Source of the DNA: a virus
Lineage: Duplodnaviria > Caudoviricetes
DNA length: 64,000 bases
Direction: 5' to 3' (one strand)
IMG/VR virus record: IMGVR_UViG_3300028591_000085
Location: 1 to 64,000 of that record
The notes under the pieces are model-generated. The model saw only the letters and a list, made by a program, of their open reading frames with translations. It was not told the origin of the DNA and searched no databases. Numbering within the stretch: position 1 is the stretch's first letter; each line of letters starts with the position of its first letter. The position numbers and the translations under genes were made by a program. Of the stretch, positions 9,278 through 20,621 are shown one piece after another.

Positions 9278-9544
9278 TTACTTAAATTTTAATCTAATAT
9301 ATACTTTAGATTGTGTTTCATAGGTATCAATTATAGTACTTTTTACAGTAAAAGGTACATCCAATTCTTCATAAATAAGATCATTAATTGCTGTTAAATT
9401 TGAACTCTGAACTACTAATTCATTAGAAGATTTATCAGCACTAACTTCATAATCATGTGATACTAAAAGATCGGTAATCATTTTCATAATCTTATCAGTA
9501 TACTTTTTACATTCTGTAAATGTAGTAACCATAGGATTAACCAT
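9278..9544 (-). CDS. Hypothetical protein
   Basis: 88-aa ORF, AGAAAGGAGTG upstream. Confidence 0.7.
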   Translation of the reverse strand: MVNPMVTTFTECKKYTDKIMKMITDLLVSHDYEVSADKSSNELVVQSSNLTAINDLIYEELDVPFTVKSTIIDTYETQSKVYIRLKFK

Positions 9545-9603
9545 TTTAAATGTTACTCACTCCTTTCTAATATTATTAAGAATAGTTGATTGAAATATAA
9601 AAT

Positions 9604-9616
9604 GACATATAGATAA
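9604..9616 (+). promoter_or_regulatory. Late-type promoter GACA-N6-TAA
   Basis: GACAtatagaTAA. Confidence 0.5.
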
Positions 9617-9642
9617 TCATAAGAATCCTAAAATAAGGAGGA

Positions 9643-10899
9643 ATGTATGTGGATAACATAGTTTTTTTAGAATCGTGTTTAGAATTATATGAAGCTAAGT
9701 CACAACTAGAAACAGTCATTTCTATTATAGATACGTTTTATGAAAGTTCTGATCAAAATACTAAAAAAGGATTTAGTAAACTAAAAGAAGCTTTTAATAG
9801 ATATACATCTAAAGTTAAAGACCTGTGCGAGCTATATTCATCAAAAAGACGAGTTAAAAAAAATCTTAAGATTATGAAAAGAGCTATTAAAGATAATCCT
9901 GAATTAGCAAAAGAAAAAGTAACATATCGTACATTTGCTGATTTTACAGATGATTTAGATTATGACGTGAAACTCAGTAAAAACTTAGCATATAGAATTG
10001 ATAATTATGATAAAAAATGGATGACAAATCTAATTGATTCATACTATAAAAATATGGATGATTCTAATAAATTTTTAAAGAAAATCACCATAAAAGAATC
10101 CATAGAATATGCTGAAGGAATTATATCTGATATTGATAAGGCAATTGAAACTCGAAAAAAATTGGTTGAGAATGTAGCTAACAATATCGATGCTGAGAGT
10201 ACTACACCTGAACAAGTTAACATGTTTAAAAATTTAATTACTACAATTTATAAATCAATACAAACTCGAATTTTCATAATGATGTATAATATAGAATCAT
10301 TATTTGTTTCAACTGTCGATAAAATTAGAAATGATATAGACGCTGAAGCAAATAAAATGGTTGTTAAAAAAATTACTAAATCGTATAATACTATACAAAA
10401 AAATTCTAAAAAAATTGACACTGTTGAAATTTTTGGAACTATTATAGAACTGTATGAAACTGATAAATATATAGAATCCGAATTCGTTACTGGTGCTGAT
10501 CATCCTAGAGTATATTTTGATAAAGACTTTAAGAAACTATCTCCAGCTTATAAAAAAGCAATACTATATCATGAATATGGTCATGTTATAAATGGGCATC
10601 TAGGTACAGTACATTATCGCGATGAATATAAACTAGATAAAAAGATATCTCGTAGAGTTAAAAAATATTTAAAGCAAGTAAATTCTAAAAAAGAAAATCT
10701 AGCTTCAGACGATTTATTAATTTATTTATTGATTGAATTAGAAGCAGATGAATTCTCTGCTAACTTCGTTGGTAAGAATGTAATAAAAAAATCACTAGAG
10801 CATGACTATATTGATTTAGTAAATAAAGCAAAAGATTTACCTGAAGATGATAAAATAAATACACTATTTGTTGGTAAATTAAGAGCTTCTATGTTATAA
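9643..10899 (+). CDS. Putative virion protein with C-terminal HExxH zinc metallopeptidase
   Basis: AILYHEYGHV plus downstream ELEADEFSA (M48/ImmA-like third ligand); N-terminus FLES/LYEA/FYES then KKGFSKLKEAF. Confidence 0.75.
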   Translation: MYVDNIVFLESCLELYEAKSQLETVISIIDTFYESSDQNTKKGFSKLKEAFNRYTSKVKDLCELYSSKRRVKKNLKIMKRAIKDNPELAKEKVTYRTFADFTDDLDYDVKLSKNLAYRIDNYDKKWMTNLIDSYYKNMDDSNKFLKKITIKESIEYAEGIISDIDKAIETRKKLVENVANNIDAESTTPEQVNMFKNLITTIYKSIQTRIFIMMYNIESLFVSTVDKIRNDIDAEANKMVVKKITKSYNTIQKNSKKIDTVEIFGTIIELYETDKYIESEFVTGADHPRVYFDKDFKKLSPAYKKAILYHEYGHVINGHLGTVHYRDEYKLDKKISRRVKKYLKQVNSKKENLASDDLLIYLLIELEADEFSANFVGKNVIKKSLEHDYIDLVNKAKDLPEDDKINTLFVGKLRASML

Positions 10900-10943
10900 A
10901 AAAATAACACTGTTGAATGTTATAATCAACAGTGTTATTTTTT
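10899..10943. terminator. Bidirectional terminator
   Basis: aaaaaataacactgttga / tcaacagtgttatttttt. Confidence 0.85.
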
Positions 10944-10966
10944 ATTCTTCGGAGACTATGATGATA

Positions 10967-11191
10967 TTAAAGTTTGAACTTGGTATATTTCTTTTTCTTC
11001 GCCTTTTTCTTCATCTTCTTCTCCAGCTTTTCTTTCGTCTTCGGTGATAGCTGTTCATCGGCTATGGCATCCGGAATTGATCTTGGTGAACCATCAGAAT
11101 ATGTTCCCAGAACCATTCCACGAATCTTATCATTCTCCGCCAATTTTCCAATTGACTCTACCACCGTTGCGATTATAATTTCTTTTTCCAT
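10967..11191 (-). CDS. Small basic early protein
   Basis: RBS AAAGGAGG, TATATTATTT upstream, Lys-rich tail. Confidence 0.75.
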   Translation of the reverse strand: MEKEIIIATVVESIGKLAENDKIRGMVLGTYSDGSPRSIPDAIADEQLSPKTKEKLEKKMKKKAKKKKYTKFKL

Positions 11192-11220
11192 TTTTATGGA
11201 ACCTCCTTTATTATTTAAAA

Positions 11221-11230
11221 AAATAATATA
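11221..11230 (-). promoter_or_regulatory. Early-type promoter TATATTATTT
   Basis: Exact motif ~30 nt upstream of 11191. Confidence 0.6.
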
Positions 11231-11257
11231 TAATCGTTAGTAAAAATACCTATGAAA

Positions 11258-11270
11258 AACATAAGTATAA
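11258..11270 (+). promoter_or_regulatory. Late-type promoter AACA-N6-TAA
   Basis: AACAtaagtaTAA. Confidence 0.65.
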
Positions 11271-11300
11271 TGCATAAAAAATGAAAGGAGTGAACTCCAA

Positions 11301-12626
11301 ATGGCGGAACCTATATCAATTGGAAATATTGGTTTAATAAAAAATAGTTCATCTACTAAAAATAATTTACCAATGATTAGTAATGTCGTAAATAATATAA
11401 ATAATGCTGTTAGTTCATATAACCAGTCAAAATCTAAAAACAATTCATCCAGTGGTTCAAATAATGGTTCTAGTGAATATGCGTTTGAACCATCCTCTAT
11501 AGACGGTGGTTCTGATAAGGAAAAAGACAAAGCTCAAAAAACACCTCAGTCTGAAATGTCTATATCAAATAATGCTACTGAATCAAGCGATTTAGTAAAA
11601 CAAATGTTAAATCCTGATACTATAAAATCAAATGAATCAGATTTAAAAAAATTAAGACGAACCCTTAGTATATATGATTCTCCAAATAAAAGTGCTGCAT
11701 GGTTATGGGAAAAGTCAACTGAATACTATAATAGATTCAAAGTTGCTACATTAGATGACGCTTTTACTAGAGGGTTTGGACATGTATTTTTTGTCAAACC
11801 TATGTGTAATATAAGTGAGAGTAATGATGGCGGTAGTCCATTAACTGTAACAAACCCAATGTTTCAGTATGCAAATACAAGTTCACCAGCAACTATAAAA
11901 GAATTAACATATTCTGGAAATGGAACTGGGACTGACGGAAATGATTCACCATCATTTATGTTATCTCTATCAAATAAGGTTACTAATTTTTCTTTAAATG
12001 ATGAATTCATTAATGAAGGTGTTACCGGTAAAACATATACGGGTACCCAGATAGCTTATGGTAAAGATATATCTGAATCACGAAGCGTTAATAATTTATC
12101 AATAACATTTAAAGATGATAAATATCTTCATGTGTACCAATTACATAGATTATGGCTTGAATATATATCAGGTGTATATAGAGGTACTATGACTCCTACA
12201 AAAAATACTATAACTGAAAAAATATTAGATTATGCAGGTGCCGTTTATTATATCATCACAGGTAATGATGGTGAGACTATTTTATATTGGGAAAAATATT
12301 ACGGTATTTTCCCAACTAATATATCAACAGACTCATTGAACTGGGATATTGAAAAACTTATTTCAAATCCAACGTTTACAGTGACATATCGATATTCAAT
12401 CAGAAACTCATACGATCCTGCAATTTTAAGTGAGTTTAATATGAATGGTGGTTCAAATAAGTCAAATTCCGCAGAACCCATATTTGATAAAGAACTCGGA
12501 CATGTTGGACCGTCGTGGGTAGGTATGCCATATATAGAAGAACAGGTTGCTCAAACATCTACTTCAAACGAAACTACTAAAAGTTATAAGTTGAAGTTTG
12601 CTAAGAAGAGCTTAGAAGTTTATTAA
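11301..12626 (+). CDS. Tail tube-fold baseplate protein (T4 gp19/gp54-like tube initiator)
   Basis: SITFKDD...LWLEYI...DYAGAVY...YYGIFPTNISTDSLNW...FTVTYRY pattern; adjacent to the wedge gene. Confidence 0.6.
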   Translation: MAEPISIGNIGLIKNSSSTKNNLPMISNVVNNINNAVSSYNQSKSKNNSSSGSNNGSSEYAFEPSSIDGGSDKEKDKAQKTPQSEMSISNNATESSDLVKQMLNPDTIKSNESDLKKLRRTLSIYDSPNKSAAWLWEKSTEYYNRFKVATLDDAFTRGFGHVFFVKPMCNISESNDGGSPLTVTNPMFQYANTSSPATIKELTYSGNGTGTDGNDSPSFMLSLSNKVTNFSLNDEFINEGVTGKTYTGTQIAYGKDISESRSVNNLSITFKDDKYLHVYQLHRLWLEYISGVYRGTMTPTKNTITEKILDYAGAVYYIITGNDGETILYWEKYYGIFPTNISTDSLNWDIEKLISNPTFTVTYRYSIRNSYDPAILSEFNMNGGSNKSNSAEPIFDKELGHVGPSWVGMPYIEEQVAQTSTSNETTKSYKLKFAKKSLEVY

Positions 12627-12643
12627 AAGAGGAGATGAAGTAA

Positions 12644-15600
12644 TTGGCTACTCCAATTGTAGATAGAAATTATATAGATAATTTCTCTGTTAAAAAATAT
12701 ACTATTGAAAATCTAGTTCCTAAATATTTCCCTGACATAGATGCATCATATCGACATGTTGGTATGATCGGTTTTACAACAGAGCAGATTTCAAATATTT
12801 CAGAAGATTTATTTAATACTGCAACTGTATTGTTTAGGGAAACATTTCCTAATAGAGCACAGATTCCTGAGAGTATTTATTCACATGCTGCTATATTTCA
12901 ATTATCAGATGTATTTTCAACAGCAGCATCGTGTAATTTTCTTTTAGTACTAGAAGAAAAAGCTATTCTTAAAAATATATTTAATGACCCAACTTCAAAA
13001 GATAAAGATACTGGTATTTATAAATTTATAATAGATAAAGATACTGTAATTCATGTTGAAGATATTCCTTTTATATTAGACTACGATATTGAATTACAGA
13101 TAGCTAAGAAACTTAAAAAAGGAATTAAAAATCTCGCAGATAATGATACTGATAAGTATGATTATGTTTATAGTGCATCATATGTAATGCCTAAGAATTT
13201 TAAAAACTCTTTGACTACAAATAATAAGAATAATGACCCATATATAAAAATAAGACGTTCTGCTGATAAATATATTGCACTTGAAATACGGTGTCATCAA
13301 TGTATTAGAAGAGTGAGATACGAAGATATAGTAACCAATAGTATTGTAAATTATCCTGTAATAGATATACCATTTGATGGCAATCTTGCAGGATTTGATA
13401 TTCGGTATAAAACAGTTAATGATACAGATGATAACTACAAGCAGCTGAAAACTTTAGTCATCTATAGTCAACCTATTGATGAACCGTTCTGTTATTATCA
13501 GCTTAAAGATGAACACACTCTAAGAATTACATTTAATAGTAAAGATGAATATTTCACACCTGAGCGTGGAACAACTCTTGAAATTACTACATATACCACT
13601 ATGGCAGAAGATGGTAATTTTGATGTTTACACAGGTAATCAAATTTCTATAAATAACTTAAATAAAAATTCTAATCACGTTCATAGTACCCCGTACTTAT
13701 CATCTGCTAAACCTTTGACAGCATCATCAGGTGGTAGAAATAAACTTACTACAGATGAACTTCAAAAATTAGCAGTAATGATGTATCGCACTGCTACCGC
13801 ATTAACTACTGAACATGATTTGTCTGAATACTTTTCTAATTATCCAATTTTATATGACGATAGTGAGATTCTTTTTATTAAAAGAAGAAACGACATATAT
13901 GAGCGAGTATATGGCGCATTCATATTAATGAAAAAAGATGATTATGTTTATCATACTAATACAGTTAATATGGATTTAAACCTTGCTGATATGGATAATG
14001 TTGAAAAAAATATTTTCATGTTACATCCGGGAACATTATTTACCGACGTAAATAATATATTCTATGAAAGATCAACAGTCACAGACCCTATTAGTTTATT
14101 AGTGGTTGATGATAACATACCTGATGATGCTTATAAAGCAAGTGTAATGATTAAACTTAATGATATTCGGGAATATATTCCAGATATAACTCCGGGAGAA
14201 TACGTCACACCTATAGAAGATGAAACTAAACGTGGTTTTATCACATTTTTTATTGATCCTGATAAAGTTAATTTGTATGATAGATTATATAATCAATATT
14301 TAGAAAAAATAAATTTAAATGATCCTGAAGTATTCTACGACGAACATATATCAAATGCGTATGTAAATATAAATGATATTCCTTTTCATTATTTAGAAAA
14401 TAGACCTATTCCGTTTTCAGAATTTCAAAAGAAAAAAGGATTTAGTGTAGCAAGTTCAGTATTTGATTTTGAGTCTCCGATGAGAAAAATAGTTCTTTCG
14501 GATTATGATAATAAAACCATACGAAAGAAAAGATTCTTATATGTAAATCCATTTTTAATTAAGTTTAAGAAAAATCCAAATTTAGTTAGTACATACATGA
14601 CGTATGTTAATGAGGCATCTACAGTAGATTTTACTTATAAATATGATGACTCATATGTACAATTTATTATATATCAATTAAAGGTAAATAGATTATTTGA
14701 AAAAGAAAAACGATTTAAATTTTCTGTTTCATTGATGCCCAGTATTAAGGTTGACGATCAATATCCTCTCATTGATTGTAAAACTGAATACTCGTCAATA
14801 AGAGATATAGAAATTAGAGAGGAAAGTGAATATTATCCTCTTACTGATAAAATTTTAACTAAATTTTTAAAAAATGATCCATCAAATGCTCTCAATGTTA
14901 ATACATTTAATAATGATCTTCGTGTATTCGTTGTGATAAATAACGGTGACACTAAAGTGTGTTATATAGAACTTTATCCTGAGGAATATTTTGAAAATGA
15001 TGATGTGTATACATTCTCATCTGAGGTATATACTGACGATCATATATCAACCGATGGTAGATTAAGACTGCTCCCTGGTACAATTTATAAACGTTATATA
15101 TACAAATTATGTTTGCCTAATGTATATAAAGCGTTATTAGTAGTATCAGACGATGTACCAAATTCAGTTGATGAAATTAATGAATATGAAGATAAACCTG
15201 AAGATGTAATTATATTCGATCCTGAAACAATGATTAGATATAGTGACATTGCACAAGACCTCCCACCCATTGATGGTGAACCTGTATTCGCTTGCGATAA
15301 ATTATCTCAGATAAAAGATTATGCTCGTTATGTCCATAAATCATTATCTGATGATTATTATAAGCAAGACCCTGTGGATTGGACTAAATTCTATCATTAT
15401 GATGAAAATGGTAATATTGAACGTATTGAAGAAATCGGATACGAAACTACAACTATTGTAAATAAAGTATATAGCTCAAATGAAATGATGACAAAACTTA
15501 TCAATGGTGAAATTAAAGAATGGAGTCGAGTTGTAAACTTAATGTCTTCTAATAGTGATATACTCATTCCTATGGAAAATGTAACATGTTCTATTTATAC

Positions 15601-16477
15601 AGCGTATAGAAGAAGATATTCTGAAGAAACCTTTAAAATGGAACTTATAGATTTCTTAAAAGATGATTATTATGATTATGATAAGTCTAGAGATATACGC
15701 TTAAAATATGTCTTATTTGGAGATAGAGAACTCAATGATAGTCATTTCGACAATTCATTAAATGAATACTTTATTACAAATGAATATAAGACATTAATGG
15801 AACCTATTACATTTATGAAACCTCTTAATAATGTAAGAACTTCATTATTATTTAAGAATTATATTGAGACTGATCCTAATACAGGAAAATATATTAACGA
15901 TATAATGGATATAAGACTTAATACTTTACCCGTAATTAGATGGAGTGAAGCAATTGATGAGAATCTAATTGAATACTTTATGAATAGTTTCTTAAAGCAA
16001 TATAATAATTTAATTGATATTGTAGATAATAAATTACGCAATGAAACTACTATAGATATAAAATTCTATAATAGTTATGGTAGGAGTTCTAATTTTGTTA
16101 TTGGAGAAAATAATAGAATTCTTCATACTATAAATCTTGAGATATCCTTTGATATATGGTATGTACCTGGTACTGATTTAGTATCAGCAACTCCTGAAAT
16201 TAAGAATTACATAAAAAATGAAATCGAAACAATGAATAGAAATAAGATGAATAATCTGTATATTTCTAATTTAATGAGAAAAATAGAATCTAATTTTGCA
16301 TATGTAGATCATATGAAGTTTAACTCTATAAATGGGGAAGGTTCAGATTATCAAGCAGTACGCAATAGAACTGTTGATATTAAGAATTTAACCGTTGAAG
16401 AACGACGAAATTATATACCTGAGTTTTTAGTTGTAAATACTTCGGATATTACTATAAACGAGTTTTTTGCATCTTAA
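12644..16477 (+). CDS. Baseplate wedge protein (T4 gp6/baseplate J-like)
   Basis: GMIGFTTE...ETFPNRAQIPESIYSHAA; SSGGRN...ALTTEHDL; C-terminal LYISNLMRKIE. Confidence 0.75.
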   Translation: MATPIVDRNYIDNFSVKKYTIENLVPKYFPDIDASYRHVGMIGFTTEQISNISEDLFNTATVLFRETFPNRAQIPESIYSHAAIFQLSDVFSTAASCNFLLVLEEKAILKNIFNDPTSKDKDTGIYKFIIDKDTVIHVEDIPFILDYDIELQIAKKLKKGIKNLADNDTDKYDYVYSASYVMPKNFKNSLTTNNKNNDPYIKIRRSADKYIALEIRCHQCIRRVRYEDIVTNSIVNYPVIDIPFDGNLAGFDIRYKTVNDTDDNYKQLKTLVIYSQPIDEPFCYYQLKDEHTLRITFNSKDEYFTPERGTTLEITTYTTMAEDGNFDVYTGNQISINNLNKNSNHVHSTPYLSSAKPLTASSGGRNKLTTDELQKLAVMMYRTATALTTEHDLSEYFSNYPILYDDSEILFIKRRNDIYERVYGAFILMKKDDYVYHTNTVNMDLNLADMDNVEKNIFMLHPGTLFTDVNNIFYERSTVTDPISLLVVDDNIPDDAYKASVMIKLNDIREYIPDITPGEYVTPIEDETKRGFITFFIDPDKVNLYDRLYNQYLEKINLNDPEVFYDEHISNAYVNINDIPFHYLENRPIPFSEFQKKKGFSVASSVFDFESPMRKIVLSDYDNKTIRKKRFLYVNPFLIKFKKNPNLVSTYMTYVNEASTVDFTYKYDDSYVQFIIYQLKVNRLFEKEKRFKFSVSLMPSIKVDDQYPLIDCKTEYSSIRDIEIREESEYYPLTDKILTKFLKNDPSNALNVNTFNNDLRVFVVINNGDTKVCYIELYPEEYFENDDVYTFSSEVYTDDHISTDGRLRLLPGTIYKRYIYKLCLPNVYKALLVVSDDVPNSVDEINEYEDKPEDVIIFDPETMIRYSDIAQDLPPIDGEPVFACDKLSQIKDYARYVHKSLSDDYYKQDPVDWTKFYHYDENGNIERIEEIGYETTTIVNKVYSSNEMMTKLINGEIKEWSRVVNLMSSNSDILIPMENVTCSIYTAYRRRYSEETFKMELIDFLKDDYYDYDKSRDIRLKYVLFGDRELNDSHFDNSLNEYFITNEYKTLMEPITFMKPLNNVRTSLLFKNYIETDPNTGKYINDIMDIRLNTLPVIRWSEAIDENLIEYFMNSFLKQYNNLIDIVDNKLRNETTIDIKFYNSYGRSSNFVIGENNRILHTINLEISFDIWYVPGTDLVSATPEIKNYIKNEIETMNRNKMNNLYISNLMRKIESNFAYVDHMKFNSINGEGSDYQAVRNRTVDIKNLTVEERRNYIPEFLVVNTSDITINEFFAS

Positions 16478-16478
16478 A

Positions 16479-16491
16479 AACATTACAATAA
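16479..16491 (+). promoter_or_regulatory. Late-type promoter AACA-N6-TAA
   Basis: AACAttacaaTAA. Confidence 0.6.
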
Positions 16492-16510
16492 AAAACCTAA
16501 TTAAAAGGAG

Positions 16511-17482
16511 TTGAGTATAATGGATGATTTAAATGTTAGAAAGCAGGGAGTAATTAACTTCATGGATGAAGTTAGAGCTCAAAAAGAACAGGAAGCAAAA
16601 GATAATGCATTTAAAAATACAGAAGATTATAAACTCAAATGTTTAGATAGAGAACAAGATAATGCTAAGGGTGTTTGTCTTGATATGGTCTTTTCTAAAC
16701 TATATAAAGATGCCTTACCGTTAAATAATGATTATAAAGTAGCACATGGTGAAGATCTTGATGCTGAAATGAAGGATTTTATTAATAGTAGATGCCCCAA
16801 GGGAATGACCTATTATATTCATGAAGGTATCCGTCGCGGAAGTGAAGGAGCTAAAAAAATCATGGATGAAACTGATAAAATCGTTAATAATGATTATAAT
16901 AATAAAGCTCTTAACATTGAAAAATATAACCCTGAAGATTTAGTGTTTAGAGCAGATGATGCTCTTGTTAATAAGATTGACGTTATGAATAAGAAACTCG
17001 ATTTAGATAATCTGAGCGAAACAATTAAATCAAATGTTAAAATGTCAGCAATGTCTGAAATTCAGAGAGCTAAAGAAGCTGAAAAGGATTCTAAAGCTAT
17101 TGAAGATGAACTTGCTAAAGATATTAGTATAAGAACTGAATCTCAAATAGATGAAGCTCTTGCATTGAGAAATATTAATACGATGAGAGATTTTGAACCC
17201 TCATTATTCCAGGGTATTATGATTAATAAAATGAATAAATATCAAAAAATGCAAGAATGCGGTACACTTGAACCAACGTGTATTTATAATACATTAGCTG
17301 ATTTTGGTTTACCTGAATCAACAACTGAGGATGTTCATTTTGCAACACCTGAAGAACTCGCATTTGTTGAAACTGTTAAGGAATATACTAAATTAAATAT
17401 CATTAAAGCTTTAAAGCTTGAAAGCTTTGGAATAAATGATGTTCGTGATTTAGCATTTAAATACGCATCCAATGATATTTGA
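16511..17482 (+). CDS. Putative virion structural protein
   Basis: 323 aa, helical, several x-x-E-S motifs, late promoter. Confidence 0.6.
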   Translation: MSIMDDLNVRKQGVINFMDEVRAQKEQEAKDNAFKNTEDYKLKCLDREQDNAKGVCLDMVFSKLYKDALPLNNDYKVAHGEDLDAEMKDFINSRCPKGMTYYIHEGIRRGSEGAKKIMDETDKIVNNDYNNKALNIEKYNPEDLVFRADDALVNKIDVMNKKLDLDNLSETIKSNVKMSAMSEIQRAKEAEKDSKAIEDELAKDISIRTESQIDEALALRNINTMRDFEPSLFQGIMINKMNKYQKMQECGTLEPTCIYNTLADFGLPESTTEDVHFATPEELAFVETVKEYTKLNIIKALKLESFGINDVRDLAFKYASNDI

Positions 17483-17496
17483 TTAATAAATAAATG

Positions 17497-17534
17497 GAAT
17501 GTAGAGTTAAATAATTTAACTCTACATTCTTTTT
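17497..17534 (+). terminator. Intrinsic terminator
   Basis: gaatgtagagttaaa / tttaactctacattc followed by a T-run. Confidence 0.85.
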
Positions 17535-17543
17535 AGTATGCTG

Positions 17544-17556
17544 AACATTGACATAA
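17544..17556 (+). promoter_or_regulatory. Late-type promoter AACA-N6-TAA
   Basis: AACAttgacaTAA. Confidence 0.6.
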
Positions 17557-17588
17557 ATATTTAAATACAGAAAGGATGGAATAAAAGT

Positions 17589-20500
17589 ATGTCTAGAAGT
17601 GTTATACATGATCATGTCCAACTTAGCGTTAATAGTGGTCATGATGTTAAAAATGTAATATATCCTGAGAATACTGAAACGGATGTACATATTACAAGTT
17701 TGCCTAAGATAAGTACTTTAACCGATCTTATCACAGCATTAGGTGAACTGGCATTTTATAACGTTGAAGATATTATAATTAACGAAACTATTCCTGTAAA
17801 TACATATACAAAAGTAAATAAATCAAATAATAATGGTACAATACGTGATGGTGAATATATCGTAATAGATCATGTTGATGATACTTTTGATAGTGCTCAT
17901 CAATTATATTACAAAGACATCACGTATTCTGATGGAAGTGAACCTCAGGCGGGTGATATTGTAGTAAAGACAGATTACCGTTCTGATGTAACTTTTAGTG
18001 CAAAGAAAATAATAGAACTCTTTGGAAATCTTGAAGAGTATCTTAATTCAATTTTTGTTAAAAAAGAAGATTTTGTAATCGAAATAAGAAAGATTTATGA
18101 TTACATAAATTCTATTAAAAATAACCTTGATGCTACAATAAATGCAAACTTCGAATATTTTTTAAATAAATATATTAGACCTATACAGGTTCGTTTATCT
18201 GAACTTGATGATTATCTCGATTTCGGTAGTATATATTCAGCATACTATGCATTAGATACTGAATATATTCGCAGATATTTTGCACATGGACGAAAAGAAA
18301 TCTCAGGTTCATCATCATACCTATTTCCATTTCAGTCATATGATCATTGGTTAAATAGATTACCGTCACCTATTACTGACGGCGGTTCTACTCGAATTAA
18401 AGAGATAATACCGATTAGTCGTAAATGGCGTTTTATTCCGTTAGAAACCATGTATAGTGAAAGAACACGTGGATCTAAAACATATGATGCGACTTCATAT
18501 CAAAATATTGATAAAGGTAATGTAACGATATCCAATTCATTAGCTAATGGTAATATCACTGTATGGAATAAAGTAACTAATAAATATGCTGAAGCATTAT
18601 TTACTGAAAAAACCAATGGAGTAGATACTAGCGTATTTGGAGATTTATGTGCAATTAAAACTGCAATTCTTAAAAATGATTCAAATATCACTGATGAAGA
18701 AATTAACTTATTAGCATCTGCACAACCTTCAACAACTTCGAAAATAATTATGCATTCATATAAAAAGATAACAGATCCTAATGATACACTTCCAAACTAC
18801 GAAGTTGTTGATAGTATAGGCTTACAATATTTCTTTGAAGCATCAAGTTCCAGCGAAACCAATACAAAAGATTTTAAAACTGATGTATTGATGAATATAA
18901 ATAATTTCTGGAATCTTCCGAATTTATTAATAGGTGAAAGAACCACTACGTCATATACATATGATGAAAATGGTAATATTACTGGCACCACTGAAAATAT
19001 TGAAACAATTGATACACCTTTCAAAACATTGTTAGACAATGATCCGAGTTTAAAAAATAAACTTGAAACTATGTATAACCGATATAAGAATTTAACTCAT
19101 GGTGGTATAGATAAAGTAAATCGGACGATAGAATTGTTCTATATCATGGGTGATGTTTACGATGTTCAAGTTGGTGACCATGTAAGAGAAATTGAAGAAA
19201 CTGAACCTGAATATGTTGATATAAGTGATGATGTTGGATGCGTTTCATATAAAGAAGTTCGTGAAGATATCCATTGTGGTATAATCTATGCTGGAGGCTT
19301 TGTTGAGCCTTTTATATTAGATAATACTTATCAAACTTATGATATTAATGTTGACCGTACAACATTACCTCCGGGAACTGAGTTAACTTCTATTTATCCT
19401 ACATTAGGACAGTACTATTGGCCTTTCCCCTGCAATGGTATAATAGTACCTGATATGTTAAAAATGCATAATAAATCAAGAACTCATCAAATTACAATTT
19501 CAGATGAGGGCATTAAAACATCAAATAGTATAGTATTAGCAAATGACCAAAAAATTAGCGTTAAAAATATTGGTGCTGCATTATCACCTAATTCATTTTT
19601 TAATGCATTTATTGATCCCAGATCAAGACTTTACTATGACCCTGAAGATCTTAGTGGTTATAATATTTCTGATGATATGAAAAATAGTCCGGATTATAGT
19701 ACTACTGTTGATGGAGTTCCTTTATGGAAAAAAATTTATCCTAATGGAATTAGACCATTAAGAGTTGGTATAACTGGTAGATACAAAGTCGAAGTTCTGG
19801 TAAACGGTGAATGGAAATTATGCTATTATTGCGCACCTGCATTCGATACAGATAAAATATATTTATCTGATACTAGTCCTTGGAATCCTGCATGGAATGT
19901 CCCCAGAAGTGTTAGTGAATTCGATGCTACGGATGACCATTGGCGTGGAAGAATGTTATATAATTCTGAATTCTTACCGACAACTATTACAGCTAATAGT
20001 AACAATGCCAATAAGTACAGAACATATCAGTCAGACAATCGTCATCCGATAGGTTATGGATATACATTACTGTTATGGGCTGGTGGAAATGATCCTGATG
20101 ATGGTGCTATAATCGCAAATTGGGATTTTATACCTCCAGTTAACACATGGCAAGCATGTGAGTATTGGGATAGAGGTTTTCAAATTATTCCTACAGGTGA
20201 TGATGCACATGGTGGTAGAGTTGACTATTATACCAATTATACAGTTAGTACTACATTTAGTACTAATATAAGTTCAGCAGAAGACCCGGTCTCGGTTACA
20301 ATTGCATATAAAGCAACACAATTATTATTATTCTGGAGGGATGTTCTCTTCAGCGGTGAAGATAAAAATCCCTTCAATAGTAGTAATGAACTTATAGTTG
20401 GTCCAGGTAGTGATGATCCTAGATGGAAAAAATACGAACTTTCACGTGATTATAGAGTTAGTGAAGATTCAACGAGTGTAGATTTTACTCCTAGCTATGC

Positions 20501-20600
20501 AACATATCGCGTTACTAAAATTTTAACAAATTTAAGTAAAGCTGATTTATCTATAGAATCTTCCCAAAATCACTTTAGATTATTGGCTAAATTTATATAA
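17589..20600 (+). CDS. Putative tail fibre / receptor-binding protein
   Basis: N-terminal IYPENTETDV...LGELAF...TFSAKKI fibre-type segments, coiled coil, then aromatic/Thr-rich beta domains. Confidence 0.55.
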   Translation: MSRSVIHDHVQLSVNSGHDVKNVIYPENTETDVHITSLPKISTLTDLITALGELAFYNVEDIIINETIPVNTYTKVNKSNNNGTIRDGEYIVIDHVDDTFDSAHQLYYKDITYSDGSEPQAGDIVVKTDYRSDVTFSAKKIIELFGNLEEYLNSIFVKKEDFVIEIRKIYDYINSIKNNLDATINANFEYFLNKYIRPIQVRLSELDDYLDFGSIYSAYYALDTEYIRRYFAHGRKEISGSSSYLFPFQSYDHWLNRLPSPITDGGSTRIKEIIPISRKWRFIPLETMYSERTRGSKTYDATSYQNIDKGNVTISNSLANGNITVWNKVTNKYAEALFTEKTNGVDTSVFGDLCAIKTAILKNDSNITDEEINLLASAQPSTTSKIIMHSYKKITDPNDTLPNYEVVDSIGLQYFFEASSSSETNTKDFKTDVLMNINNFWNLPNLLIGERTTTSYTYDENGNITGTTENIETIDTPFKTLLDNDPSLKNKLETMYNRYKNLTHGGIDKVNRTIELFYIMGDVYDVQVGDHVREIEETEPEYVDISDDVGCVSYKEVREDIHCGIIYAGGFVEPFILDNTYQTYDINVDRTTLPPGTELTSIYPTLGQYYWPFPCNGIIVPDMLKMHNKSRTHQITISDEGIKTSNSIVLANDQKISVKNIGAALSPNSFFNAFIDPRSRLYYDPEDLSGYNISDDMKNSPDYSTTVDGVPLWKKIYPNGIRPLRVGITGRYKVEVLVNGEWKLCYYCAPAFDTDKIYLSDTSPWNPAWNVPRSVSEFDATDDHWRGRMLYNSEFLPTTITANSNNANKYRTYQSDNRHPIGYGYTLLLWAGGNDPDDGAIIANWDFIPPVNTWQACEYWDRGFQIIPTGDDAHGGRVDYYTNYTVSTTFSTNISSAEDPVSVTIAYKATQLLLFWRDVLFSGEDKNPFNSSNELIVGPGSDDPRWKKYELSRDYRVSEDSTSVDFTPSYATYRVTKILTNLSKADLSIESSQNHFRLLAKFI

Positions 20601-20621
20601 AAATAAGTAAGGAGGGATAAT

